Notes: generated by a model not told the origin, from the letters alone. DNA of 64,000 nucleotides from Escherichia coli (GCF_003018255.1 NZ_CP027440.1), one strand, 5' to 3'. Positions 53,256-62,947 are shown, numbered from the stretch's first letter. Numbers and translations are program-made.

Positions 53256-54203
53256 ATGAGAAAAATTCTTTTCTTCCTGCTGTTGATGATAGCCGTCCTG
53301 CCGGAGGTTCAGGCCACCTGTTCGTTCTACGGTGGTGTGACATCAGAAGTATCGGGTTACCTGAATTTCGGCAACGTGGTTATCCAGCGGGATGCACAGG
53401 TCGGCAGCACGATTGCCACTGCCATTACAGGGGCATACAACAATGGCGACGGCATTGCCGGGTGTAAGCGGGAGGCCTGGACCGCCCGCTGGGAACTGAC
53501 GCAATGGGGGACGCTGAGTGGCTATGGGAATGGTGTCTACAACACCAACCTGCCAGGGGTAGGATTACGTCTGAGTGCGGCCTCGACAGGTAAAACATTG
53601 CCCTATGAAACCAGCTACGCCTACAACGCTGGCGGCACCTGGGTATCCATTCCCGGTGATGGCATCAAGGGCGAGCTTATCAAAACCGGGGATATCACCA
53701 GCGGTACATTAACGGACGGTGTGCTGGCGCGCGCTTCGGTAGTGAATCAGTTTTATTTTGCCAACGTCACGTTGAACGGGATGAACACAGTGAAATCAGA
53801 AGCTTGTACTGTGACCACGCCCTCTGTTGATGTCCCGATGGGGGATCACGATAAAAGCGAATTCAGTGGTGCGGGATCTTCAACCGACTGGGTGAGCTTT
53901 GATATTGGTTTGAGCTGCGATGTCGGGGCGAGAATAAACGTACGTATCGATGCCACTGCGGATGCTTCCGCCGGTTCGCAAGGCGTCATGCTGATTGATA
54001 GCGGCGGGGCGTCTGGCGTGGGGATACAACTTCATTACCGCCCGGATGATGCCGCTGTCCAGTACGGTCAGGAACGGTTTTACTGGCAGTCGGTATATGG
54101 TGACGAGATCGTGCAGCTTAAGGCGCGATATTACCAGACTGCAGGCTCGATCACGCCAGGTGCGGCAAACGGTACGGCGACGTTTACGATGAGTTATAAA
54201 TAG
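53256..54203 (+). CDS. Fimbrial adhesin-like two-domain subunit (paralogue 2)
   Basis: 315 aa; C-terminal half aligns with paralogue 1 (…QLKARYYQTA…ATFT.SYK), N-terminal half diverged. Confidence 0.7.
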   Translation: MRKILFFLLLMIAVLPEVQATCSFYGGVTSEVSGYLNFGNVVIQRDAQVGSTIATAITGAYNNGDGIAGCKREAWTARWELTQWGTLSGYGNGVYNTNLPGVGLRLSAASTGKTLPYETSYAYNAGGTWVSIPGDGIKGELIKTGDITSGTLTDGVLARASVVNQFYFANVTLNGMNTVKSEACTVTTPSVDVPMGDHDKSEFSGAGSSTDWVSFDIGLSCDVGARINVRIDATADASAGSQGVMLIDSGGASGVGIQLHYRPDDAAVQYGQERFYWQSVYGDEIVQLKARYYQTAGSITPGAANGTATFTMSYK

Positions 54204-54214
54204 CGCGTAATCAT

Positions 54215-55762
54215 ATGGAATATTCTATGTCGGATATTGTCGCCGGGAACAGGATTGCTGCTCAATATTTAAGAATGTCTACCGAGCATCAGAAATATTC
54301 GCCGGAGAACCAGCGGGAATATATCGAGAAGTATGCAAAAGAACACTGTATTACCATTAAATATACCTATGACGACGCTGGCCGAAGTGGGCTGAGCCTG
54401 GATAACAGGCCTGGCCTGCGTTCGCTGTTATATGATGTTGAAAACGGAATAATAAAAGTCTCGTTAATTCTTGTTTACGATGTCAGTCGGTTTGGTCGTT
54501 TTCAGGATATTGAAGAGGCTGCTCATTACTCGTGGCTACTGAAGCGTAATGGTGTGCGCATTATTTATTGCGCGGAGCCTTTCTCGGAAGAACAGACCGA
54601 ATTGTTTATGCTGGGATTATCTTACTCCCGCTATGGCGCCGCAACTTACAGTAAAAACCTTTCACAAAAAGTTTTTCTTGGCCAGGCAAACCTCGTTCGG
54701 CGGGGTTATTATCAAGGTGGTATGCCTGGCTATGGCATTCGGAGATTATTAATTGATGAACATACTAATCCGAAAGGCATGCTTCTGCCGGGGCAAAGGA
54801 AAAGCCTGCAAACTGACAGAGTAATATTGATCCCGGGGCCCGCGGAAGAGGTGGTAATAGTCAATAAAATCTATGACATGTTTATTGATGAGGGCAAGCC
54901 TGAGTTTGTTATTGCTTCAGAACTGAACCGGAAGAACATCCCCGCCGAGAATGGGCTCCAGTGGAGCCGATGTAAAATTCATCAGATACTGACCAATGAA
55001 AAATATATTGGCAATAATGTTTATAACAGAACCTCCGGACGATTGAAGACCCGAAGTGTCAGGAATCCTCAGGATCAGTGGATCAGATGTGACGGCGCGT
55101 GGGACCCTGTGGTATCAGTAGAGAAATTTGAGGCGGCTAAAAGGATTATTGAAGCCAGGGCCGTTCAGTACAGTGATGATGAACTGCTGGATAAACTACG
55201 CCATCTGCTGAAGCTTCGTGGCAGATTATCCGGGATTGTGATTGATGAAGAGGAACTGTTTCCATCGAGCAGCATTTTTCGTTCACGGTTTGGTGGGTTA
55301 GTCAGGGCTTACACCCTTATTGGTTATCACCCGCGCCATGATTACTCTTATCTTGAAATAAAAAAGCAGATTGCAGAATGCCATCTCACTTTCATGGATA
55401 ATTTGGTGCAGGATATATACCGATATGGCGGTTGGGCAGAGATGCATCAGGATGGTTCATTATATATTAATGATGAGTTTTTTGTTTCCGCTAATCTGGT
55501 TCGCTGCCAACGTTTGTCGTCAGGTAAGCTTCGTTGGAAGATAAAATTTAATGTATCCCATTATTGTGATGTCATGATCTTTCCACGGTTGGATAGCACA
55601 AATAACTCCGTGGTTGATTACTTTATGTTTCCGGCTATTGATGTGTTGTATAACGATTTAACGCTTCATGAGAACAATGGTTTTATCCTCGAACTATATC
55701 GATTTGATGATTTGTCATGTCTGGAAAATCTTGTAAAACGAACTGGTCTGGAGAGTAAATAA
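54215..55762 (+). CDS. Large serine recombinase
   Basis: 515 aa; N-terminal resolvase catalytic motif YLRMSTEHQ; starts 11 nt after adhesin stop. Confidence 0.8.
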   Translation: MEYSMSDIVAGNRIAAQYLRMSTEHQKYSPENQREYIEKYAKEHCITIKYTYDDAGRSGLSLDNRPGLRSLLYDVENGIIKVSLILVYDVSRFGRFQDIEEAAHYSWLLKRNGVRIIYCAEPFSEEQTELFMLGLSYSRYGAATYSKNLSQKVFLGQANLVRRGYYQGGMPGYGIRRLLIDEHTNPKGMLLPGQRKSLQTDRVILIPGPAEEVVIVNKIYDMFIDEGKPEFVIASELNRKNIPAENGLQWSRCKIHQILTNEKYIGNNVYNRTSGRLKTRSVRNPQDQWIRCDGAWDPVVSVEKFEAAKRIIEARAVQYSDDELLDKLRHLLKLRGRLSGIVIDEEELFPSSSIFRSRFGGLVRAYTLIGYHPRHDYSYLEIKKQIAECHLTFMDNLVQDIYRYGGWAEMHQDGSLYINDEFFVSANLVRCQRLSSGKLRWKIKFNVSHYCDVMIFPRLDSTNNSVVDYFMFPAIDVLYNDLTLHENNGFILELYRFDDLSCLENLVKRTGLESK

Positions 55763-56649
55763 TGAAATCTTTTGATGAACAGATAGAACTTGTCGATATC
55801 AGTGATATTTATATCGCAAATCCACGGAAAAGGAATAAATTCATTCATAATGAAATAAAAGAGAACATAAAAACCATTGGTCTGAAACGGCCTGTTAGCG
55901 TGCGCCCAGTGAATAATGAAAACTATAAATATGCCCTGATTTGTGGTCAGGGACGACTTGAAGCGTATATTGAGTATGGTGAAACGAAAATTCCTGCAAT
56001 CATCAAGCAGGTTGATGAAGAGACAGCGCACCTGATGAGCCTGGCTGAAAACATCGCAAGACGTAATCCCCGGGCGGCAGAGCTAATGGAAGATATCAGA
56101 AGAATGAAGACCAGTGGCCTGACCGATCGTGAAATAGGCTTGCGGCTTGGGTATAATTCGAGTTGGGTAAATGGGGTGATCACTCTGTTGTCATCCGGAG
56201 AGAAGCATCTTTTGCGGGCATTTGAGACTGGCGATATTCCCTTGTATCTTGCTGTGGAAATATCCCGGTCAGGAGATGAGGAAACTCAGGAACTGCTGAC
56301 GGTCGCCCTGAAAGAAGGACATATCAAGGGTGGGCAAATTAATAAGATCAGGCGCATACTTGAACAACGTAAGAAAGGCGATAAAGGTACGATTAGTACG
56401 GCTTTTTTTCCTGGGAAAAAACAGAAAAAACTGACCCCGGAAGAACTGGCTAATGTCTACCAGGAAAACATTAATGAGCAAAAAGCCATTCTGCTGAAAT
56501 CCACAATGGTTAAAGAGAAAATTCTGGCAGTAAAGCAAATATTTGGTTATTTACTTAAAGATAATGATTTTGTTACATTGCTGCACAGTAATAATATCCA
56601 CGATATTCCTTCTTTACTGGATGGCAGTGATGTATCGGGGGAGAAATAA
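55762..56649 (+). CDS. ParB-like protein (ParB/Srx N-domain plus HTH)
   Basis: PVSVRPV...ICGQGRLEA...IPAIIK...ENIARRN pattern resembles ParB boxes; TAATG overlap with recombinase. Confidence 0.7.
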   Translation: MKSFDEQIELVDISDIYIANPRKRNKFIHNEIKENIKTIGLKRPVSVRPVNNENYKYALICGQGRLEAYIEYGETKIPAIIKQVDEETAHLMSLAENIARRNPRAAELMEDIRRMKTSGLTDREIGLRLGYNSSWVNGVITLLSSGEKHLLRAFETGDIPLYLAVEISRSGDEETQELLTVALKEGHIKGGQINKIRRILEQRKKGDKGTISTAFFPGKKQKKLTPEELANVYQENINEQKAILLKSTMVKEKILAVKQIFGYLLKDNDFVTLLHSNNIHDIPSLLDGSDVSGEK

Positions 56650-56650
56650 G

Positions 56651-57541
56651 ATGATTTCACAATGTTTTGACTCCCGATTTTATACCTTTAAGGTGGAATC
56701 ACTGGTGTATGCCAGAACGCTGCCGGTTAATGTTAAATTCAGTACGAAGTACAAACAAATTAAAGCCTCTGTCGATGAAATTGGGTTAATTGAACCCATT
56801 GTGGTTTATATCAATGACGCCAATGATAAAGTCATTCTGGATGGACATCTTCGCGTTGAAGTTTTGAAAGAACTCGGAATAACTACTGCTCATTGTCTGA
56901 TATCCCCTGTGGAGGATACATATTCATATAACAAACGTGTTAGTCGCCTTACCATTGTGCAGGCCCAAAACATGCTGCTTAAAGCGGTTGAATCTGGCGT
57001 TTCAGTTGAAAAACTATGCGCCGTACTGGGTGTCACGCCAGATACGCTGATTGGTAAACTGAAAATTTCTGATGGCATTGCCCCTGAAGTCATGGCGTTA
57101 CTGGCAGAAAAAAATGTACCGCAGACCATTTTCTCTGTGTTGAAAAAACTAAAGTTCTATAAGCAGATAGAAATGGTTAACACCATGATCAGTATTAATA
57201 ATTTCACCCGCAAATTTGCGATGTCGATGCTGCATGCCGTTGCCCCTGAACATCTTGTAGCGCCTAAAAAAGATGCCAGCAGAGAAACAGATATCAGAAA
57301 AAATCTCGAAAGACTGGAAAAAGAAATGGCTTCCGTTCAGGTGGAAACGCAGCATCTTCAGGATGAATATGCTGAGAATAACCTTCGGCTGGTTATCATT
57401 AAAAATCACATTGAACGTCTGCTGGCGAACGGTCAGGTACTTAACTGGCTTTATGATAACCATCAGGAGTACCTTTCTGTGCTCAAGCAAATCTCGGGGC
57501 TGGATGATTTGAATAAGCTTGGCCAGACAATTGAGGAATGA
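56651..57541 (+). CDS. ParB-like protein, second paralogue
   Basis: Start ATG 56651 with GGGGGAG RBS, 1 nt after previous stop; VILDGHLRVEVLKELG ParB/Srx-like motif. Confidence 0.6.
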   Translation: MISQCFDSRFYTFKVESLVYARTLPVNVKFSTKYKQIKASVDEIGLIEPIVVYINDANDKVILDGHLRVEVLKELGITTAHCLISPVEDTYSYNKRVSRLTIVQAQNMLLKAVESGVSVEKLCAVLGVTPDTLIGKLKISDGIAPEVMALLAEKNVPQTIFSVLKKLKFYKQIEMVNTMISINNFTRKFAMSMLHAVAPEHLVAPKKDASRETDIRKNLERLEKEMASVQVETQHLQDEYAENNLRLVIIKNHIERLLANGQVLNWLYDNHQEYLSVLKQISGLDDLNKLGQTIEE

Positions 57542-57740
57542 CACATTTTTAAAGCAAGGACTGCTGTTTTACAGATTGCCACTATGATGGGATGCACTGA
57601 GAGAGGAGGGCGTGCTGGTGGTTGACGTGATTCAACTGGTGCGGAAAATCTTGCTCAAAGGACGATGGCTTAAAATCAAGTTGCTGTTTCAAAAATGAAA
57701 AAGTAGATTTACATCCACTTTTCTTACTGAGGTAAAAATA

Positions 57741-58199
57741 GTGCATATAGATGCGGATTTCATAAGCTTGAGCACATTGGTGGCTAATCAACAAGCTGCA
57801 AAATGGGCGGGGGTTGCTGCTATTGCTGCCTGTTTGACGTTTGTTGTGACAACGATAGGTTTACTACTTGCTTGGCGGTCGTTGCATCAGTGGAAGCCTC
57901 AATACAAAGAAAACTCTAGACTTCTCCTAATCGAAGCTTTAATCGCATTTCAGAAATGTTTAATAACTATACCAAAAAATCTCGATAACGATCCCACCTA
58001 TCAAAGCCGAAAGGAATTTTTGAAGGCAAGTACTGAAGTTGAGCTAAGAGGACAAATATATCTTAAGCAACACAGCAACGAAAAATTAAAAGATGAATTA
58101 GCAAATCTCAGGAGTAAATGTGCAGAATTTGTTGGTGGTAAGGTGACTAAACCTGAACTGTCATTCATCTCAGCAATAATATTACTCATTGAAGTATAA
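57741..58199 (+). CDS. Hypothetical small membrane protein (152 aa, GTG start)
   Basis: AT-rich ORF with one predicted TM helix (AAIAACLTFVVTTIGLLLAW). Confidence 0.4.
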   Translation: MHIDADFISLSTLVANQQAAKWAGVAAIAACLTFVVTTIGLLLAWRSLHQWKPQYKENSRLLLIEALIAFQKCLITIPKNLDNDPTYQSRKEFLKASTEVELRGQIYLKQHSNEKLKDELANLRSKCAEFVGGKVTKPELSFISAIILLIEV

Positions 58200-58301
58200 T
58201 AGATTCTGGGCTAACACCAATCGGTTACCCGGTTGGGATATCGCTTCCGGGTAACCTGTGGAAAGGCAAAAGCCACTCCACAGGTTGCCCGAGCATATCG
58301 A

Positions 58302-59093
58302 TTACATGTTTGCGTCTTTATTTAACGCATATTGCCAGTTAGCTGCATCCAGCTTTCTCAGCAACGCGCAAAGCACATCCACCAGACAGGCGAGGATCCG
58401 CTGGCCTTTTTCCGCCGTGGCGCAGCGCGGATCGCCGGTTGCTCCGGTGGCGCTGATTTCCCCGATATCCCAGATCCGGTTCACGCCATAATCAGCGAAC
58501 ACCTCCACCGGGATCTGTTTCTGCGCATATTTCAGTTCCACCAGCTCCGGAATCAGCGCCATCATGACGGACGTTTCGCCCTCGCCGCCGTGTCCTAGTC
58601 CGGTGTTATCCCATGAGTCGAAAAATCCCTTCCCGAGATGATGTCCCACCAGATCCCACCACGCCGGAACCACGACAATCGCTGCCTGCGTATGTCGGGC
58701 CTTCACATTGCGGGCGGCGATTTCAATCGCCGGAATATTACCGTCATGGCCGTTAATCACCAGGATCCGGCGAATACCGTGGTGCAGCAGGCTGATGAAG
58801 ATATCTTCCGCCAGCGCGATATTGGTCTCGTAGCGTAGGGTGACCGCCAGTGGATAGGCATTGTAGTGAACGGATGTGCCGAACGGCGTGCAGGGCAGCA
58901 CAAGGGTATTATCCACCCGCTGCGCCACCCGGCAGGCGACGATTTCGGGTACAAACATATCGGGGCCGAGTGGCAGGTGATCGGCGTGGTTCTCACAACT
59001 GCCGAAGTTGACGATAGCAGTGAGTTCCTTACCAGACTGCAACAGCTCGCGGATTTCCCGGCCAGTCAGTTCATTGAGCATGACTTTTTTCAT
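58302..59093 (-). CDS. Creatininase (creatinine amidohydrolase) family protein
   Basis: Product recognised as creatininase-fold family; start MKKVMLNELTG; overlaps permease stop. Confidence 0.65.
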   Translation of the reverse strand: MKKVMLNELTGREIRELLQSGKELTAIVNFGSCENHADHLPLGPDMFVPEIVACRVAQRVDNTLVLPCTPFGTSVHYNAYPLAVTLRYETNIALAEDIFISLLHHGIRRILVINGHDGNIPAIEIAARNVKARHTQAAIVVVPAWWDLVGHHLGKGFFDSWDNTGLGHGGEGETSVMMALIPELVELKYAQKQIPVEVFADYGVNRIWDIGEISATGATGDPRCATAEKGQRILACLVDVLCALLRKLDAANWQYALNKDANM

Positions 59094-60429
59094 CGGACAG
59101 CCTCCTGTTTTTTCGGACGACAAAGATGTAGTACGCGCTGGCGAGGGCCAGCCAGATCAGGACGGTAACCAGGGTAATGCCGCCGCCGTCGGTGAAAAAT
59201 TGCCCGGCCATGATCAGCGCAATCAGCCCCACGGTGAGTGGCTGGATGTAGCGGGCGGCCGGAGCCTTGTATTTCAGCGTTCCGTCGTGCAGGGCTATTC
59301 GGTGCAGGGTGGGCTGGCTTAAGGCAATCATCAGCCAGGTGAACAGAAAGCCGAATCCGGAAATCCCGGCGAGGATGACATACGCATCTGGCGAGAGAAT
59401 GGCGATGATGACGCCGGTAAACAGCACCAGGCTGCTGGCAAGAATGGCGTTATCCGGTGTTTTATGTGCCGGGTGCAGGCGGGCAAACCAGGCCGGGAAA
59501 TAGCCGTCAGACGCCATGGCGTGCAGCATCCGCGAGGTGGCGTAAACCCCGGTATCGATGCAGGAGAGCGCGGCGGTCAGCACCACAAAGTTCATGATAT
59601 GCCGCGCCATATGGCCACCGAGAATGCCGGAAGCTTCGACATACGGGCTGCTGCTGACACCTGCCTGCTGCCAGGGGAGAACGAGCAGCAGAACGGTCAA
59701 TGAGCCGACATACAGCAACAGGATCCGCACCACGGTGCCACGCAGCGTACGAGGAATATCACGCTGTGGGTTCTCGCTTTCACCCGCGGCGGTGCCGATG
59801 GCCTCTGTCCCGCCGAAAGAGAAAATCACCATTAACATCGCGCCGAGAAATCCGGGCAGCCCGCCAGCAAAAAAGCTGCCGCTGTCGGTCGGATGACTGA
59901 TGCTGGCGGGTGAGGCGTTATCCAGTCCCAGGCTGTAGCAGCCCGCGACGATAAAGGCCAGCAGCGCCACGACTTTCACCAGGCTCAGCCAGAACTCCAC
60001 TTCACCGAAAAAATGAACGCCGACCATGTTGATGGCAGTCAGCGACGAAGCGATCACCAGGCAAAACAGCCAGACGGGGACTCCGGGAAACCACAGGTTC
60101 AGGAAGGTGCCTGCAGCGATGGCCTCCGACGCCGGGCCAATCAGGAAGGCCAGCCAGTAGGTCCACCCGGTGATAAAGCCACACCATGGGCCAAAGGCGG
60201 TGCGGGCATAGGATTCAAAGGAACCGGAGACGGGCCTGGCGACCGCCATTTCGGCAAGCAACAGCATAATGAACAGGGTGATGACACCGCCGATAAGGTA
60301 GGCCAGCACCACCGACGGCCCGGTACGGGCAATGGCCGCGCCTGCGCCGAGGAAAAATCCGGCACCAATCACGCCTCCCACGGAAATCATCGTCAGGTGA
60401 CGGGCTTTCAGACTTCTGTTGAGTTCCAT
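59071..60429 (-). CDS. APC-family amino acid permease
   Basis: 452 aa multi-TM protein, start MELNRSLKARHLTMISVGGVIGAGFF. Confidence 0.8.
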   Translation of the reverse strand: MELNRSLKARHLTMISVGGVIGAGFFLGAGAAIARTGPSVVLAYLIGGVITLFIMLLLAEMAVARPVSGSFESYARTAFGPWCGFITGWTYWLAFLIGPASEAIAAGTFLNLWFPGVPVWLFCLVIASSLTAINMVGVHFFGEVEFWLSLVKVVALLAFIVAGCYSLGLDNASPASISHPTDSGSFFAGGLPGFLGAMLMVIFSFGGTEAIGTAAGESENPQRDIPRTLRGTVVRILLLYVGSLTVLLLVLPWQQAGVSSSPYVEASGILGGHMARHIMNFVVLTAALSCIDTGVYATSRMLHAMASDGYFPAWFARLHPAHKTPDNAILASSLVLFTGVIIAILSPDAYVILAGISGFGFLFTWLMIALSQPTLHRIALHDGTLKYKAPAARYIQPLTVGLIALIMAGQFFTDGGGITLVTVLIWLALASAYYIFVVRKNRRLSDEKSHAQ

Positions 60430-60472
60430 AATGTCTTCTCTTTTGTTGTTGTGGATGGATTCAAGGCAGCGC

Positions 60473-60847
60473 TTATGGCCGTCCCTCCTCAATCAGCAGT
60501 TCACCGTACAGGTCGTGAAGTTTAGGGATTGGGCCGGAGAGATGAACGGCTCCCGAATGGCAGGCATTCAGGCTGCCGTTAAACACCATGGTCAGGTGGC
60601 CAAGTTCAAACAAAGACTGCTGTGCCTCTTTACCCACGGCGGTCACCAGGTAGTCATGGCTCGCCAGCAGCAGCCGATCGCCGGGCAGGATCAGCAGGTC
60701 GTCTTCGCGGAATGAGGGTTCCAGCGACAGGGAATAGTCCAGGCAGTCTTTCGGTCCGTTGCTGTCAAAGGTGATAAGCGTCCTGTCTGCCAGTCCGTCG
60801 GCGACAAACAGCCCGATAGCAACGATGCGTGCGCAGTAGGTCATCAT
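60473..60847 (-). CDS. Hypothetical protein (124 aa), first gene of permease/creatininase operon
   Basis: ORF immediately upstream of permease on same strand. Confidence 0.4.
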   Translation of the reverse strand: MMTYCARIVAIGLFVADGLADRTLITFDSNGPKDCLDYSLSLEPSFREDDLLILPGDRLLLASHDYLVTAVGKEAQQSLFELGHLTMVFNGSLNACHSGAVHLSGPIPKLHDLYGELLIEEGRP

Positions 60848-61065
60848 GGCTCGTTCTCCCGTTTGTCGGGCATGAGAGTACGGCCTGGTGTAGGTGAGCA
60901 GGCATGTAGCCTGAATAGGTGAATAAAGCCTTCAGTCCGGGAGGCCGGGTGAAGGTGGCCTCCGGTTGTAAGAGCGATGGAGCAAGGGTGTGGTTCGGTG
61001 TGCATAAACAACTCTCCTGTCAGGTGTCGTTGATTAATGCGTCCTGCCACTCACAGCGCGGGTCG

Positions 61066-61341
61066 TTATGTCCCGGAGTTTTCTGTTGTTGTCATGAGGT
61101 GAAGCGGTTTACGGGGTTCACGTTTATTTCCCGTATTGAGGTAACGTTCCGGCCAGATTTCTGACGGATGCTTTCCCAGCGCAATGGCAATCAGCCACTC
61201 ACCTTTCGGCCACGGTCGGTTCAGGGCATTCGCCAGCGTTGACGAGGCCAGTCCCGCTTCCCGCGAGAGTTTCGCCAGACTGGTGCCGCGCTTGTGTAAG
61301 GCGGCAATGATATCGGCGGGGTGCCAGTCTTTTTTAGTCAT
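61066..61341 (-). CDS. Nlp/Ner-family DNA-binding protein
   Basis: WHPADIIAALHKRGTSLAKLSREAGLASSTLANALNRPWPKGEWLIA resembles E. coli Nlp and phage Mu Ner. Confidence 0.75.
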   Translation of the reverse strand: MTKKDWHPADIIAALHKRGTSLAKLSREAGLASSTLANALNRPWPKGEWLIAIALGKHPSEIWPERYLNTGNKREPRKPLHLMTTTENSGT

Positions 61342-61448
61342 TCCGTTTACCTCTATTGTTGACTATGAGTCACGAATGTATGCTAGCACGCTTTTTATGT
61401 GACTCATAGTCCGTGGACTGATAATCAACGAAGATTGATGCTGGCTAG

Positions 61449-61712
61449 ATGGAAAAGACGGGATCAATCAAAAAGGTACTGGGTAAAAGAATCAGGGCTC
61501 TACGCCGTGAGATGGACCTATCCCAGGAAGCTTTAGCCGACAAATGCGGTATCGATCGCACCTATATGAGTGGAATTGAGCGAGGAGTAAGGAACCCCAC
61601 GCTTGTTGTCATTTGTGCAATCTCGGACGGTCTGGGGATGGATCTTAGCCATTTATTTATGTTTGACGATGGCGCAGAAAAGGACGCCGAATCAACGAAG
61701 TGTGACTCATAG
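61449..61712 (+). CDS. XRE-family HTH regulator (paralogue A)
   Basis: 87 aa; HTH segment LSQEALADKCGIDRTYMSGIERGVRNPT. Confidence 0.7.
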   Translation: MEKTGSIKKVLGKRIRALRREMDLSQEALADKCGIDRTYMSGIERGVRNPTLVVICAISDGLGMDLSHLFMFDDGAEKDAESTKCDS

Positions 61713-61751
61713 TCCGTGGTCTGATAGACAACGTAAGTTCATTTTATCTGG

Positions 61752-61976
61752 ATGAAAAATACATCCAGTATTCAGGCGCAGTTTGGCGCACATCTCAAAA
61801 AACTCAGACTCCAGTCGGGCCTGTCTCAGGAAGCATTCGCGGATAAGTGTGGTCTCGATCGTACTTATGTGAGCGGTATTGAGCGGGGAGTAAGGAATCC
61901 AACCCTTGAGGTGATAAGTGTTTTAGGAAAAGGGTTGGACATGGACATCAAAGAATTATTCAACTTTGAAAGATAG
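61752..61976 (+). CDS. XRE-family HTH regulator (paralogue B)
   Basis: 74 aa; near-identical HTH segment LSQEAFADKCGLDRTYVSGIERGVRNPT. Confidence 0.7.
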   Translation: MKNTSSIQAQFGAHLKKLRLQSGLSQEAFADKCGLDRTYVSGIERGVRNPTLEVISVLGKGLDMDIKELFNFER

Positions 61977-61978
61977 GT

Positions 61979-62923
61979 TTATCTATTAGTAGCAACTCTA
62001 TCCGCAGCAGTACGGGTAACTTGATTTCCAACATCCCAGCCGTTTTCATCTGGGAGTGACATCCCATCCATTGGCATTAGGATAAAACCACCAATAGTTG
62101 GTCCAAATGACTCAGTAGTGTTAATTCCTGCATAGCTTGTTCTGATAATATTTTCATTCAAATTGGTCAAAAATGATATTCGAGTACCAAGTGGGTGCGC
62201 GGTTACCATTTGGATGTATCCACCAATAGTATTGACTGTTTCTTGGTTAATCCAATTATTCAAAGCAATAAACGGGGTACGCCACCAATTTATTGTGTTA
62301 GGAGTAAATTGTTGCCTGGTATTCTCTATAAACTCATTAAGTTCATGCAAGTTATCACCTAATAAAACAGGTCTGCCTGTTGATAAATTTTGAATATCTT
62401 CAATCTGGAGGTTGGCTGGGTGCTCAATAGAGTTATTGAGTTTTATAATTTTGTAGGTTTGTGTTCTCCAGCAAAAACCAAAAATTATCATCTGTATTCT
62501 TACTGCTTGGGGAAAGGATTGGCCGATATCAGACATATATTGCTCGGCAATATTTTTTGCTAATGAAGCTATTTCATTAAGACTTGGGAATGCTTCGGTC
62601 GATATTTGTTGTTCTGGATTATTGTTCGCAATCTCATGAAGTCTTGCTAATGATACTGCAAGCATTTCTTTGACATTAATTCCAATCATTGTACTTCCTG
62701 CAAATCCGAAGCCAAATTCGAATATTTTTTGCGGGTGAATTCGATAAACGTCCGAAGAGCGAATAACTGATACGGGGATTGAGAATAATTTCGGACAATG
62801 GTCAGTTAGTCTGCTATTTTGCTGAGTGATTCTTGAGTCGCTGACTGCCCAAATACTATCGCTTTCCTCTCTATTAAACCAACATGCAATTGCGGTCATA
62901 AGGTTTTTCCAGTTATTTAACAT
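61979..62923 (-). CDS. Hypothetical protein (314 aa), AT-rich
   Basis: Long ORF in low-GC DNA convergent with the XRE pair; no recognised motif. Confidence 0.5.
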   Translation of the reverse strand: MLNNWKNLMTAIACWFNREESDSIWAVSDSRITQQNSRLTDHCPKLFSIPVSVIRSSDVYRIHPQKIFEFGFGFAGSTMIGINVKEMLAVSLARLHEIANNNPEQQISTEAFPSLNEIASLAKNIAEQYMSDIGQSFPQAVRIQMIIFGFCWRTQTYKIIKLNNSIEHPANLQIEDIQNLSTGRPVLLGDNLHELNEFIENTRQQFTPNTINWWRTPFIALNNWINQETVNTIGGYIQMVTAHPLGTRISFLTNLNENIIRTSYAGINTTESFGPTIGGFILMPMDGMSLPDENGWDVGNQVTRTAADRVATNR

Positions 62924-62947
62924 TAATGCGAATAGCTTAGCATATTT

